64,000 nt of DNA from Candidatus Uhrbacteria bacterium (GCA_943359325.1 CALRHD010000002.1:4629-68628), one strand, 5' to 3'; positions 48,842-59,133 are shown, numbered from the stretch's first letter. Numbers and translations are program-made. The notes: generated from the sequence alone by a model not told the origin.

Positions 48842-49963
48842 ATGACGCATAAAAAAGTCTCAGGGGGAGGGAAAGAGACGAAGACCCGCATGTCGGGTCT
48901 CGTCTCTTTTCTTTCACGTATAAAAAAATCTGATCGCACAACAAAAATGTTTTTTGGTTCTGTGGTGCTTGCATGTGCAGTGATGGTTGTCGTTGTTGTA
49001 GCGATTGTGACGCAGCCGCCGACATTGAACAGCACGCCAGTGGGTGTCATACCTATTTTTCGTCACCCATTAACAGGTGCAGTGATTGATGCGCCGATGC
49101 AGTCGCTTCCGCAGGTTTTTGCCGTGATGATCGAAAATTCCGCCGACGCATGGCCGCTGGCAGGACTGCAAGATGCGTTTCTCGTAATTGAAGCACCTGT
49201 TGAAGCGGGCATTCCGCGGTTCGAAGCGTTTTTCAGCGACGATGCGGCAACGGAAAAAATCGGCCCCGTGCGCTCTGCACGACCATACTACTTGGACTGG
49301 GCGTCGGAGTTCGATGCAGTATATGCACATGTCGGCGGCAGTCCTGAGGCGCTCGATCTCATCCCGTCGATGTCACTTACTGATTGCAACGAATTTTTTA
49401 ACGGCACATACTTTTACCGCTGGTCGGCGCGGTATGCACCGCACAATGTTTATACAACAATGCGTGAGCTCTTGCTGTTTGCGAACAATGCAGATCTCGA
49501 GACTCCTCACTACGACTCGTGGCAATTCAAGAGTGACGCAGCAGGTGACGATGCGCAGTCGCTTTCTCTCGACTGGTCGTCTGGGACGACGTATGACGTT
49601 GACTGGAATTATGACGCGATAACGAATGCGTATGTTCGCGATCAGCGAGGTGTGAATGTTTTTTTGGAAAAGGGTGAACAAACGAGGGCGAACAATGTTG
49701 CGGTCATGGAGAGTGATATTGAGATTGTTGATGAGATGGGCAGACGACACATTCGAACGATAGGTGAAGGGAGGGCGATGATTGCGCAGGACGGTCGGGT
49801 GATTTTTGGGACGTGGAAAAAAGCGTCCCAAGCAGAACGGCTGCGATTTTATGATGAGGCAGGGAACGAAATGATGATGAACGCGGGAAAGACGTGGGTT
49901 GAAGTTGTGTCGTCGCTTGGGCAGGTAAGAGTAACGAGTAGGCGAGTAGCTAGTAAAGAGTAG
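48842..49963 (+). CDS. Membrane-anchored protein, possibly DUF3048/YerB-like
   Basis: It has an N-terminal transmembrane helix. The ARPYYLDWASEF region resembles DUF3048. Confidence 0.35.
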   Translation: MTHKKVSGGGKETKTRMSGLVSFLSRIKKSDRTTKMFFGSVVLACAVMVVVVVAIVTQPPTLNSTPVGVIPIFRHPLTGAVIDAPMQSLPQVFAVMIENSADAWPLAGLQDAFLVIEAPVEAGIPRFEAFFSDDAATEKIGPVRSARPYYLDWASEFDAVYAHVGGSPEALDLIPSMSLTDCNEFFNGTYFYRWSARYAPHNVYTTMRELLLFANNADLETPHYDSWQFKSDAAGDDAQSLSLDWSSGTTYDVDWNYDAITNAYVRDQRGVNVFLEKGEQTRANNVAVMESDIEIVDEMGRRHIRTIGEGRAMIAQDGRVIFGTWKKASQAERLRFYDEAGNEMMMNAGKTWVEVVSSLGQVRVTSRRVASKE

Positions 49964-50840
49964 CGAGGACAACGCGAGGTTTGCCAGTGAGGTCGTTGAT
50001 GACTGTTGTTGCGGCACCGGGAAAATGTTTTTTCATGAGCGACGGCGCGGAGATTTTTTGCGATGAGTCGATCTCAATGAGCACGTCGAGTTTTTGGGGG
50101 AACGCATGTCGGCGTAACATGAGTTGTGTAAAGAGCGCATCGTAGTGGTCGAGCCCATCAACGCCAGAAACGAGCGCACGTGTTGGTTCGAATATGCGGA
50201 CGTCCGCATCGAGGGCGTCGAATTGTCGTGCGGAAAGGTAGGGGAGGTTTGCGACAATCACGACGTGTTCGCCGAGTGACTCGCCGTTGCTTTCAGAAAA
50301 GAGTGGTGTAAGCAGATTGCCACCGAGGAATGCGATGAGTTCGGTGGGTGCAAGACGAATTGCGTTTGTCTTGGCGACGGCAAGGGCGTCTTCGCTTTCG
50401 TCGATTGCAACAACCGGTCGGTGCGTTTCGCACGCAAGCGTCACCGCAATTGCGCCGCTTCCTGTACCAACATCAACAATGAGCGTTGTGTTTGTGATGA
50501 CTTTTTTTGCTTCGTCGATAAGTGTCTCGGTGTCGGGGCGAGGAATAAGCGTTACGGGTGTCACGAAAAATTCGCGTCCGTAAAATTCTTTTTTGCCGAG
50601 GAGATACGCGACAGGTTCGTGTTGTGATCGGCGTTCTACGAGGCGACGAAACTGTTCCTCTTTTGGTGGCGACAACATGTCATCGCCATGTGCAAAAAGA
50701 TACGCAGTCCCTTTCTCAAGTACGAACGCCAAAAGTGTCTGTGCATCCAGTTTTGGATTCTGCACAGGGTTGAGATGTTTTTTTAATATGTCATCTGCCC
50801 ATGCGAGGGCTTCAAAAATCGTCACATTACTCCTCGTCAT
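49950..50840 (-). CDS. prmC: Release factor glutamine methyltransferase PrmC (HemK)
   Basis: The AdoMet-binding motif [12 protein letters not shown] and the NPPY-like motif VANLPY are present. It is adjacent to prfA. Confidence 0.85.
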   Translation of the reverse strand: MTRSNVTIFEALAWADDILKKHLNPVQNPKLDAQTLLAFVLEKGTAYLFAHGDDMLSPPKEEQFRRLVERRSQHEPVAYLLGKKEFYGREFFVTPVTLIPRPDTETLIDEAKKVITNTTLIVDVGTGSGAIAVTLACETHRPVVAIDESEDALAVAKTNAIRLAPTELIAFLGGNLLTPLFSESNGESLGEHVVIVANLPYLSARQFDALDADVRIFEPTRALVSGVDGLDHYDALFTQLMLRRHAFPQKLDVLIEIDSSQKISAPSLMKKHFPGAATTVINDLTGKPRVVLATLY

Positions 50841-51915
50841 CTTCGCTTACCGACGCCGCCAGTTTTCCGTCGCGTTCTGCCAGACGTAACGTCGTGATGA
50901 CGTCGTCTATATCGCCATCGAGAATGCCGGGCAGGTTATGCCAGCTTTGGCCGACGCGGTGATCGGTGACGCGGTCCTGTGGAAAATTGTATGTGCGAAT
51001 TTTCTCGCTGCGGTCACCGCTTCCGATTTGACTGCGACGTTCTGCGGTCAGTGCCGCATTCTTTTTTTCTTCCTCGTACGCACACACACGCGCGCGCATG
51101 ACGTCCATCGCCTTTGCCTTGTTTTGTGACTGCGAACGTTCGTCTTGGCAGTACACGGTAATACCTGTCGGAATATGTACCATGCGAATGGCGGAGTACG
51201 TCGTGTTGACTGACTGTCCGCCTGCGCCCGTTGACGTTGTCGCTTCAATCGTGAGGTCTTGCGGGTTCAGCGTGAAGTCGCTTTCTTCGATTTTCGGCAA
51301 CACGGCAACGGTAATCGTCGACGTGTGAATGCGTCCGGCTTTCTCTGTTGACGGCACGCGCTGCACACGGTGGACGCCTGATTCGTATTTCATTGTGCCA
51401 TACGAACCAAGACCGACGACTTCAAAAATGATTTCTTTGAATCCACCGAGGTCGTTTTGACTCTGTGACACGAGCGATATTTTCCAGCCATGACTTTCTG
51501 CGAAGTGTGTGTACATGCGGAATAAATCTGCAGCAAAGAGCGCGGCTTCGTCGCCACCTGCGCCTGCACGAATTTCGATAATTGCGTCGTTGTCGTCACG
51601 AGGGTCGCGAGGAAGGAGCGCGAGTTCGAGGGCGTTTTCCGCGGCAGGGAGTTTTTGCGCGATGTCGTCGAGTTCGGTTTGTGCCATTGTGCGAACGTCG
51701 ACGTCGCTATCGGCAAGCGCAGCAGTTGCGCCAGTTTGATCGCGCAATAATGTTTCGTGGAGTTCAGCCGCATCAAGTGTGCGCTTCAGTTGCTGGAATG
51801 CAATGTTCGTTTCGCGTAGTTTTTTTTGATTACCAAAAATCGCAGGGTCGGCGAGATCCTGTTCGAGTTGCTGAAACGTCTTTCGTTTTTCGTCGATGAT
51901 TTTTTTGTAGTCCAT
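50827..51915 (-). CDS. prfA: Peptide chain release factor 1
   Basis: The GGQ motif is [10 protein letters not shown]. The RF1-type tripeptide region is [17 protein letters not shown]. Confidence 0.88.
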   Translation of the reverse strand: MDYKKIIDEKRKTFQQLEQDLADPAIFGNQKKLRETNIAFQQLKRTLDAAELHETLLRDQTGATAALADSDVDVRTMAQTELDDIAQKLPAAENALELALLPRDPRDDNDAIIEIRAGAGGDEAALFAADLFRMYTHFAESHGWKISLVSQSQNDLGGFKEIIFEVVGLGSYGTMKYESGVHRVQRVPSTEKAGRIHTSTITVAVLPKIEESDFTLNPQDLTIEATTSTGAGGQSVNTTYSAIRMVHIPTGITVYCQDERSQSQNKAKAMDVMRARVCAYEEEKKNAALTAERRSQIGSGDRSEKIRTYNFPQDRVTDHRVGQSWHNLPGILDGDIDDVITTLRLAERDGKLAASVSEDDEE

Positions 51916-51933
51916 ATTTTATGTTGTACATGG

Positions 51934-52068
51934 CTTTTCCTGCATGGCATGCTCCACTCCTTGTTCAGCCCCGCAGCCGCAGTCCGTACAGCAAGGCCTC
52001 GGCTTACGCCGGCCACGGACTGACGGGCGGTGCCGAACGACGTCGCAAAGCATGCCATGCAGAAAGAG
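51934..52068. repeat. GC-rich structured intergenic repeat, copy 2. Its terminal inverted repeats CTTTTCCTGCATGGCATGCT / AGCATGCCATGCAGAAAGAG differ from copy 1 by compensatory transitions.
   Basis: Read directly. It lies between the rpmE 3' end and the prfA 5' end. Confidence 0.85.
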
Positions 52069-52100
52069 CGTTACGCCCAGTGTATCCGAACTTCGTGCGA

Positions 52101-52131
52101 AACAAAAACACCCACGCGCTGTGCACGGGGT
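52101..52131 (-). terminator. Probable intrinsic terminator of rpmE, a hairpin followed by TTTTTGT on the minus strand
   Basis: Read directly: CACCCC-GTGCACAGCGC-GTGGGTG then a T-run. Confidence 0.45.
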
Positions 52132-52143
52132 GCTTTGCTGTAG

Positions 52144-52437
52144 CTATTTTTCGGTGGAGGTCTTTTTTGCGGCGCGGGCCTTGGCGCGCGTTGCCTCCTT
52201 TTTCGCTTTGTCGGCGCTCGTAAGCACTGTTGCCGACTTCTTTTCGGTGCGACCAGTGAACTTTTCAACGCGGCGAGCGCTGTCAATAATCTTCTGCTTG
52301 CCCGTAAAGAACGGGTGGCATGCGGCACACAACTCAATATCGATGCGTTCGTTTACCGAACCCGTCGTGTACGTTGCGCCACAGGCACAGACGATTTTTG
52401 CTTCTGGGAAATAGGTGGGGTGGATACCAGACTTCAT
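52144..52437 (-). CDS. rpmE: 50S ribosomal protein L31
   Basis: The N-terminus is MKSGIHPTY. The CxxG...CxxC zinc motif is present. A Lys/Ala-rich C-terminal tail follows. Confidence 0.9.
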   Translation of the reverse strand: MKSGIHPTYFPEAKIVCACGATYTTGSVNERIDIELCAACHPFFTGKQKIIDSARRVEKFTGRTEKKSATVLTSADKAKKEATRAKARAAKKTSTEK

Positions 52438-52547
52438 AGTCGAAGGTAGACGCCGCTATGATACGGGGTCGATGATTTATGGGCAGAAAGTTATCAGTGA
52501 GGGGCGTTTTTGTCAAACGTCAGCAAGATTGCTACGCTCTCACCATT

Positions 52548-53570
52548 ATGCGAACGCCAATCTCCGATTTTGATTATATTCTTCCTTCCGAGTTCATCGC
52601 GCAAACTCCTTTAACGCCGCGTGACGCGTCGAAGCTCCTCGTGATGGACCGTGAGAGTGGCGCAGTCTCGCACCATATTTTTCGCGATATTGTCGATTTC
52701 CTTCGACACGACGACGTCCTTGTTTTTAACCAGTCAAAAGTTTTTAACGCTCGACTTACATTTTTTTTCCTTTCCAAAGAGATTGAAATTTTCGTTCTCC
52801 GCATTCGCGACAACGAAATGGATGCGCTCGTTCGTCCTCTTAAGAAAATTATTTTTGACGGAATATGGACGATCGGATGTTTTACTCCTATAGCAAAAAC
52901 TACTGATGGCATTGTGACGTTTCACACAGGAATGACCGCAGCAGAGATGTTTGCGTATTGCGATGAGCACGGCAGCGCGCCAACGCCGCCGTATGTCACG
53001 AGACCACTCGCTGATGCGTCGCAGTACCAAACGGTGTATGCAAAAGATGCCGGCTCTGTTGCCGCACCGACGGCGGGGCTGCACTTTACGCCGGAATTGC
53101 TCGAACGCATTCGCGCAAAAGGTGTGCAAATGGAATGTGTGACGCTTCATGTGGGTATTGGCACGTTTCGTCCTATGCAATCGGCAACGATTGAGGAGCA
53201 TGTAATGCATAGCGAGTGGGTGTCGATCGACGATGCGACCGCACAGCGTATTGTGGAAGCAAAAAAATCCGGCCGCCGCATTATTGCCGTTGGCACAACA
53301 ACGGTGCGAGTGCTGGAAGGAGTCACGCTGCGTCGCGGTCAGCTTGAGGGCTATACGGAGGAGGTCGACATGTTCATCACTCCCGGTTTTTCATTTCGTA
53401 TTGTCGATGGTCTTATTACAAACTTTCATCTCCCAAAGTCGACGTTACTCGTTCTCGTTTCCGCCTTCGCCGGCCGTGAACACGTTCTCGCTGCATATAA
53501 AGAGGCAAAACGTCAGAATTATCGGTTCTTTTCGTTCGGAGATGCGATGTTTGTCGTCCCAGACGCCTAG
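52548..53570 (+). CDS. queA: S-adenosylmethionine:tRNA ribosyltransferase-isomerase
   Basis: The N-terminus is DFDYILPSEFIAQTPL and the C-terminal core contains GLHFTPELL...GTT.VR. The start is at MRTPISDF. Confidence 0.88.
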   Translation: MRTPISDFDYILPSEFIAQTPLTPRDASKLLVMDRESGAVSHHIFRDIVDFLRHDDVLVFNQSKVFNARLTFFFLSKEIEIFVLRIRDNEMDALVRPLKKIIFDGIWTIGCFTPIAKTTDGIVTFHTGMTAAEMFAYCDEHGSAPTPPYVTRPLADASQYQTVYAKDAGSVAAPTAGLHFTPELLERIRAKGVQMECVTLHVGIGTFRPMQSATIEEHVMHSEWVSIDDATAQRIVEAKKSGRRIIAVGTTTVRVLEGVTLRRGQLEGYTEEVDMFITPGFSFRIVDGLITNFHLPKSTLLVLVSAFAGREHVLAAYKEAKRQNYRFFSFGDAMFVVPDA

Positions 53571-53612
53571 CGTCTGGGACGAGGGGCGTCTGGGACGCCT
53601 CCTCGATTGACG

Positions 53613-53825
53613 TCCTCATGTGATTCCGCTACTCTTTCTGCACTTATCCCACTCTGCCCCCAGGGCTTTGTTTGGGATAACCCCCAACAAAGTGCCCAAC
53701 GAAGCCGAAGGCGTAGTGGTACGAAGTGGGGTTTATTCATCTTTCAGATCCGAATTTCGCTGTCGGCCCTTGCCCTGTTTACGGGGTTCCGTCAGTCCGG
53801 ATCGTTGTAAAAAAGGATTTACATT
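53613..53825 (+). promoter_or_regulatory. Long structured 5' leader of rpsB, possibly an S2 autoregulatory structure
   Basis: There is a hairpin CTTTGTTTGGG-ATAACCCC-CAACAAAG and further GC-rich stems. Upstream is a possible promoter, TTGACG then 17 nt then TACTCT. Confidence 0.35.
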
Positions 53826-54659
53826 ATGGCACTTCCCGAACTCCTCGACATGTTGAAGGCTGGCGTTCACTTCGGCCACCAGTCGTCCCGTTGGCACCCC
53901 AAGATGGCTCCGTACATTTACGGTGTTCGCGGTGGTGTCCACGTCATGGACCTTGAAAAAACACGCGAACAAATTGCAAAAACGACGAGCTACGTCGAAG
54001 CGCTTGTTGCGCGCGGCGGCAGTGTGATGTTCGTTGGCACAAAACGTCAGGCGCAGGACATCGTCGCAAAGTACGCATTGTCGTGCGGCATGCCGTATGT
54101 CAACACCCGTTGGCTCGGTGGAACGTTTACGAACTTTCCACAAATTTCAAAGCTCATTAAAACGTACTTGGAATTGAAAGACAAAACGGAAAAAGGTGAG
54201 TTGAAAAAATATACAAAACTCGAGCAGTTGCAGTTTGCGCGCCAGATTGTTGAGCTCGAAGAAAAAATCGGCGGCATTTCGACCATGATGCGCTTGCCAG
54301 AAGTCGTGTTCATGTTCGACGCACGTCACGACAAAACCGCAGTGCGTGAAGCGCTTGCGATGAAGGTGAAAATTATTGCGATTTGCGATACGAATGTGAA
54401 CCCTGTGGGCATCGACTATGTCATTCCTGCGAACGACGACGCTGTTGGTTCTCTCGATATGATTGCACATTGCATTGCCGACGCGGTGAATGCAGGCAAG
54501 GCAAAAGGCATTGCGTCGCGCGCCGCAGCCGCAGCAGTGCTCGCACGACCATCGGCGGAAGAAGACGTGAAGGTGGCAGCGAAGGACCAGGAGGCAGTCG
54601 AGGATATGGACGACGCCATGAAAGAAAAACTCGTCGCAGAAGCCCAAGATAAAAAATAA
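53826..54659 (+). CDS. rpsB: 30S ribosomal protein S2
   Basis: The N-terminus is LLDMLKAGVHFGHQSSRWHPKM. It has an acidic C-terminus. Confidence 0.92.
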   Translation: MALPELLDMLKAGVHFGHQSSRWHPKMAPYIYGVRGGVHVMDLEKTREQIAKTTSYVEALVARGGSVMFVGTKRQAQDIVAKYALSCGMPYVNTRWLGGTFTNFPQISKLIKTYLELKDKTEKGELKKYTKLEQLQFARQIVELEEKIGGISTMMRLPEVVFMFDARHDKTAVREALAMKVKIIAICDTNVNPVGIDYVIPANDDAVGSLDMIAHCIADAVNAGKAKGIASRAAAAAVLARPSAEEDVKVAAKDQEAVEDMDDAMKEKLVAEAQDKK

Positions 54660-54660
54660 T

Positions 54661-55257
54661 ATGAACATTACCGCAAGCGACGTCATGAAACTTCGTGAGA
54701 TGACGGGTGCCGGCATGATGGAGGCAAAAGGTGCCTTGGCGCAGGCCGATGGCAACATGGAAAAAGCGGTCGATATTTTGCGCGCAAGCGGTGCGGCAAA
54801 GATGGCAAAGAAGGCCGAACGCACAACGGCAGAAGGTCGTGTCCATGGGTACGTGCATAGCAACGGCAAGTTAGCCGTGCTTGTCGAAGTCATGTGTGAA
54901 ACCGACTTTGTGGCGCGTAACGAACAGTTCGTCGACTTCTGTGGCGACTTGGCCATGCACATTGCCGCAAGCGCTCCGCAATATGTCACCCGCGAACAAG
55001 TGCCGAGCGAAATTGTTGAAAAAGAACGTGCGATCATTGCCGAAAGTCTCGCAAGCGAAAACAAACCGGCAGAAATCATGGCGAAAATTGTCGAAGGCCG
55101 TTTGAGTAAGTTCTACGCCGACGTTTGCCTTATGGAACAGGCATTCGTAAAAGACGACAGCATGACGATCACCCAACTTCTCGAACAACGTATTACCCAA
55201 ATTGGAGAAAACATTCGCATCGGGCGATTTACGCGCATGCAGTTGGGGGTTGAGTAG
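54661..55257 (+). CDS. tsf: Elongation factor Ts, short 198-aa form
   Basis: The N-terminus is VMKLREMTGAGMMEAKGAL. It follows rpsB in the conserved rpsB-tsf arrangement. Confidence 0.9.
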   Translation: MNITASDVMKLREMTGAGMMEAKGALAQADGNMEKAVDILRASGAAKMAKKAERTTAEGRVHGYVHSNGKLAVLVEVMCETDFVARNEQFVDFCGDLAMHIAASAPQYVTREQVPSEIVEKERAIIAESLASENKPAEIMAKIVEGRLSKFYADVCLMEQAFVKDDSMTITQLLEQRITQIGENIRIGRFTRMQLGVE

Positions 55258-55269
55258 CAAAAAATAACA

Positions 55270-55299
55270 AGCGGAGCCGCGGTGGTTCCGCTTTTGTGT
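55270..55299 (+). terminator. Intrinsic terminator GCGGAGCCGCGGTGGTTCCGC followed by TTTTGTGTT
   Basis: Read directly. Confidence 0.65.
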
Positions 55300-55304
55300 T
55301 ATAC
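55296..55304 (+). promoter_or_regulatory. Extended -10 element TGTTATACT upstream of gap
   Basis: Read directly. It lies 18 nt upstream of the ATG at 55322. Confidence 0.4.
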
Positions 55305-55321
55305 TCACAGCAGAAATTTTC

Positions 55322-56329
55322 ATGGGGGCTATGGCGCGGATTGCGATAAATGGTTTTGGGAGGATTGGGCGGAGTACGCTTAAGGCGGGGTGGGGGCGGA
55401 GCGGTTTTGACGTTGTGGCGATCAATGACTTGACCGACGCTGCGACGTTGGCGTATTTATTGCAGCACGATACGAATTACGGCATGTGGGACGTTGATGT
55501 GAAAGTGGGCAAAAATATGCTCGTTATCGACGGTGTAAAAATTCCCATTTACGCGGAGAAAGATCCGTCAACGCTTCCGTGGAAAAAGCTCAAAGTTGAC
55601 GTGGTTATTGAGTCGACAGGTTTTTTTGTCACCGAAGAAGGTGCAATGGCACACATAAAAGCAGGTGCAAAGCGTGTTGTGATTTCTGCTCCTGCAAAAG
55701 GCGGCAATGTGCCGACGTATGTGCTCGGCGTGAACGGTGACCATCTCGCACACGAATCGGCAGCAATACTGAACAATGCGTCATGCACCACAAACAGCGT
55801 TGCTCCTGTTACAGAAGTGATGGATCGTGTGTTTGGTGTCAAAAAGGCGATGTTGACGACTGTGCATGGCATGACGGCGTCGCAGTCTCTTGTCGACAGT
55901 CCAAAAAAAGATGTGCGCGAAGGGCGTGCGGCATCGCAGAATATTATCCCGACGACAACCGGTGCGGCCATCGCGGTTACACAAACGCTTCCACAGCTTG
56001 TGGGTAAGTTCGACGGGCTGTCGATTCGTGTGCCGATTTCTACGGTGTCACTTTCCGACATGACGTTTGTGCTGAAAAAGAAAGTCACGAAGGAAGACGT
56101 CAACAACGCACTCATCGCCGCGTCGAAAAGCAAGCGCTACCTTGGCATTCTTGGCGTCTCTCACGAACCGCTTGTGTCGAGCGACTATATTGGCGACCCG
56201 CATTCATGTATTGTCGACCTTGCGCTCACGAATGTTGTCGACGGTGACCTCGTAAAAGTTGTTGCGTGGTACGATAATGAATGGGGTTACGCGAACAGGC
56301 TGTGTGAATTAGCATTAACGATTGGATAA
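55322..56329 (+). CDS. gap: Glyceraldehyde-3-phosphate dehydrogenase
   Basis: The N-terminus is INGFGRIGR. The catalytic motif SCTTNS is present, and the C-terminus contains WYDNEWGY. Confidence 0.92.
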   Translation: MGAMARIAINGFGRIGRSTLKAGWGRSGFDVVAINDLTDAATLAYLLQHDTNYGMWDVDVKVGKNMLVIDGVKIPIYAEKDPSTLPWKKLKVDVVIESTGFFVTEEGAMAHIKAGAKRVVISAPAKGGNVPTYVLGVNGDHLAHESAAILNNASCTTNSVAPVTEVMDRVFGVKKAMLTTVHGMTASQSLVDSPKKDVREGRAASQNIIPTTTGAAIAVTQTLPQLVGKFDGLSIRVPISTVSLSDMTFVLKKKVTKEDVNNALIAASKSKRYLGILGVSHEPLVSSDYIGDPHSCIVDLALTNVVDGDLVKVVAWYDNEWGYANRLCELALTIG

Positions 56330-56333
56330 CTAT

Positions 56334-56828
56334 ATGCGAACAGAATCTTTTTTCGACCGTCTTGGAAGCACCGCACAGCAACGTTTTTTTGGAGTCAGTT
56401 TTATTGCATTACGCATTGCACTCGGCGGCATGTTCTTTTTTTCAGGGCTTGCAAAGTTCGGCGAGTGGAGCGCGGAGAGTTATTTACTGAAAGCATCGGG
56501 TCCTTTTGCTGCGTGGTTCCAGTCGCTTGCGGGGAATGGTGTTGTTGACGCACTGAACGCGTGGGGCATGGTGCTCATTGGCCTTGCGCTCGTTATTGGC
56601 TTCTTGGTTCGGCCTGCGGCGATTGCAGGTATCGCAATGATGACACTTTACTATTTTGCACATTTTGTGGAGAACACGGCCTATGGCTACATCGACCAGC
56701 ACGTCATTTTTGCCCTCGTATTTTTCCTATTCGCTGCAGGTGGTGCGGGTAATGTGTTTGGACTAAACGCACTTGCCCTCCGTTCGTTGCGCCACCCGAA
56801 CGCATTTGCAAAATATATGTTGGGGTAG
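56334..56828 (+). CDS. DoxX-family membrane protein
   Basis: It has four transmembrane helices. The N-terminus LRIALGGMFFFSGLAKF is typical of DoxX. Confidence 0.6.
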   Translation: MRTESFFDRLGSTAQQRFFGVSFIALRIALGGMFFFSGLAKFGEWSAESYLLKASGPFAAWFQSLAGNGVVDALNAWGMVLIGLALVIGFLVRPAAIAGIAMMTLYYFAHFVENTAYGYIDQHVIFALVFFLFAAGGAGNVFGLNALALRSLRHPNAFAKYMLG

Positions 56829-56837
56829 TGGTCTACT

Positions 56838-58082
56838 ATGGAACATCGTCCCCGCGTCGTTATTATCGGTGGAGGGTTTGGGGGTTTGCGCACAGCGTTG
56901 TTGTTGTCGCGTCAGCGCATGCCACTCGAAATCATTCTTGTTGATGCGAACGACGTGCATGTGTACACGCCGTGGTTGTACGAAGTTGCGTCGGGGCGTA
57001 CGGATGGTGTTTCCGAGCGTCATCGCCGACGCTTGCGCCACTCGGCGAGTTTTCCGTTTATCGATATTCTGCGCGGCACGAATGTGATGTTTCGTAAGGC
57101 AGTTTTGAAGAACGTCGACGCAGAACGCCGTCACGTACTTTTTGCGGACGGGAGCACACTTGCATTCGACTCACTCGTGCTTGCAGTAGGGAGTGAATCC
57201 GCAATATTTGGCATTCCCGGACTTGAGCGTCACGCCTTGCAACTCAAAACGGTTACAGATGCTATTGCCATTGAAAACAATATTACCTCACAACTCAAGA
57301 ATGACAACGCTCTCCATATTTTCGTCGCAGGTGCAGGTTCGAGTGGCGTTGAACTTGTTGCTGAGTTGGCAACAATGGTCGGTGCGCGGCAACGGCGCGG
57401 GTCGTTGCCAAAGGGTGAGGTGAAATTTTCGCTTGTCGACGCGGCGAGCAGCGTGCTTTCGATGTGTAGTCACGGTGTGCAGGTTGCAACGCTTCGGCGC
57501 TTGCAAAAACTCGGCATCACCGTGTTGCTCGACACGATGGTAACGAAAGTGGCAGAGGACATGGTGACGCTTGCACCGAGGCAGCGCTTGCCACTTTCTT
57601 CGTCGCGCGAAGTGCCGTACACCTGTTTTGTGTGGTGCGGCGGTGTTGCGCCGAACCATGTGACGTTGGCGTTGCCTTTCACGAAGGACGCCCGCGGCCG
57701 CATTGCCGTTGATGTGTCGTTCGAAATATTGGGACATGCAAACATTTTTGCACTGGGAGATGCGGTTGCGATGGCGGATTTCGACCTTCCCGCCACCGCA
57801 CAGGCGGCAGATGAAACCGCAAAGACTGTTGCGGAAAATGTCGTGCGTGGTTTGCGGCGTCGCGCACTTAAAAAATATGTGCCGCCACGTCGGTGGCCAT
57901 TTGTTGTCGCAGTCGGCGGTGCGTATGGTGTTGCTGATGTGTTTGGATTGACGCTGACAGGTTGGCCTGCGTATGCACTTCGTCGTCTTGCAGATTTGCG
58001 GTACTGCGTTCGTACATTTCGATTTTTTACTGCGCTTCGTGTGTGGCGATTGCGTATGAAATTTTATGGCAAAAACGATTAG
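56838..58082 (+). CDS. Type II NADH:quinone oxidoreductase (NDH-2)-like FAD-dependent oxidoreductase
   Basis: Two Rossmann GxGxxG motifs are present: VVIIGGGFGG and FVAGAGSSGVE. The C-terminus is amphipathic. Confidence 0.7.
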   Translation: MEHRPRVVIIGGGFGGLRTALLLSRQRMPLEIILVDANDVHVYTPWLYEVASGRTDGVSERHRRRLRHSASFPFIDILRGTNVMFRKAVLKNVDAERRHVLFADGSTLAFDSLVLAVGSESAIFGIPGLERHALQLKTVTDAIAIENNITSQLKNDNALHIFVAGAGSSGVELVAELATMVGARQRRGSLPKGEVKFSLVDAASSVLSMCSHGVQVATLRRLQKLGITVLLDTMVTKVAEDMVTLAPRQRLPLSSSREVPYTCFVWCGGVAPNHVTLALPFTKDARGRIAVDVSFEILGHANIFALGDAVAMADFDLPATAQAADETAKTVAENVVRGLRRRALKKYVPPRRWPFVVAVGGAYGVADVFGLTLTGWPAYALRRLADLRYCVRTFRFFTALRVWRLRMKFYGKND

Positions 58083-59133
58083 TGGACTTCGCACGTGGAC
58101 TGCCGCCGACATTCCTACAGGATGCCGTGTGCTTGTGCGTGTTGATGCGAATGTCACCATAAAAAATGGTCGAGCAGATATTTCAGCGAGCGGAAGAATT
58201 GCGCGGAGCATTCCCGAAATAAAAAAACTGCTCAAACGTCATGCGCGGATTATTTTAATGACGCATCTCGGAAGTGATACGGAATCAACTGCGCCGATCG
58301 CAAAAGCTTTCTCACAATTGCTTGATCGCCCTGTTCTTCTTGCGAAGGACGTTGTCGGGAAAGACGCGTCACAACTTTCCGCACTGCTTGAGCCGGGTAG
58401 CGTCATGATGCTCGAGAATTTGCGTAGCGATAGAGGGGAGGAAGAGAACGATGTCGCGTTTGCAAGACATCTTGCCCTCCTCGGCGACGTATATGTGAAC
58501 AACGCATTTGGTGTATGTCACCGAAAACATGCGTCTGTTGTTGCAATGACGAAGTGTCTCCCGAGTTTTGCGGGAGAGCTATTGGTGCGTGAAGTCAGTG
58601 AGTTGACGCAGCCGATCGCAAAACCATTTGTTCTTGTTGTCGGTGGGGTGAAAATAGATACGAAACTCCCGTTGCTTGAAAAGCTTGGTGTGCATGCTTC
58701 CTGTGTTGTCGTTGGCAGCGCGCTTGCCGACGAACTTGCGCATCATCCAAAACTTTCAAAACACGTTCACAGCCTTCTCGGTGATAAACTTCAATTGCCT
58801 ATCGATCTTCGCCGTGATGCGGATCATCATGCATTCGACGTTGGAGCGAAAACTGAAAAAATGTTTGCAACGTGGCTTGAGGGCGCTGCGACAATTTTGT
58901 GGAACGGCCCCGTTGGTGTCGTTGAGCACGCGGCTGGCCGTCATGGTACTACGGCGCTCGCCAATGCGATCATGGCGTCGTCCGCCCGCACTATTGTTGG
59001 CGGCGGCGATACGGTTGCATTCCTCGAGTCAATGAAGATAACAAAACAATTCTCGTGGGTCTCAACAGGCGGCGGCGCGATGCTTGCTCTTTTGGCTGGT
59101 GAAAAACTTCCGGGGCTTGAGGTGTTACGGTGA
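58066..59133 (+). CDS. pgk: Phosphoglycerate kinase, short form
   Basis: The motif NNAFGVCHRKHAS corresponds to N.AFG.AHR.HAS, and GGGDT is present. At 355 aa it is shorter than typical PGK. Confidence 0.75.
   Translation: MAKTISGLRTWTAADIPTGCRVLVRVDANVTIKNGRADISASGRIARSIPEIKKLLKRHARIILMTHLGSDTESTAPIAKAFSQLLDRPVLLAKDVVGKDASQLSALLEPGSVMMLENLRSDRGEEENDVAFARHLALLGDVYVNNAFGVCHRKHASVVAMTKCLPSFAGELLVREVSELTQPIAKPFVLVVGGVKIDTKLPLLEKLGVHASCVVVGSALADELAHHPKLSKHVHSLLGDKLQLPIDLRRDADHHAFDVGAKTEKMFATWLEGAATILWNGPVGVVEHAAGRHGTTALANAIMASSARTIVGGGDTVAFLESMKITKQFSWVSTGGGAMLALLAGEKLPGLEVLR

Noticed and set aside
50827-51915. Release factor 2 with a programmed frameshift
   Set aside because: The protein has the RF1-type tripeptide region (PST) and no SPF motif. 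It is followed by prmC as in prfA-prmC operons, and there is no frameshift site.
51921-52414. ORFs of 100-156 aa reading through the GC-rich repeat (…PRSRSPYSKASAYAGHGLTGGA…); the same peptide appears as the 60018 N-terminal extension of enolase
   Set aside because: The identical peptide arises wherever the repeat occurs, so it is a translation of the repeat and not a gene. The conserved enolase start with an AAGGAG Shine-Dalgarno sequence lies downstream.
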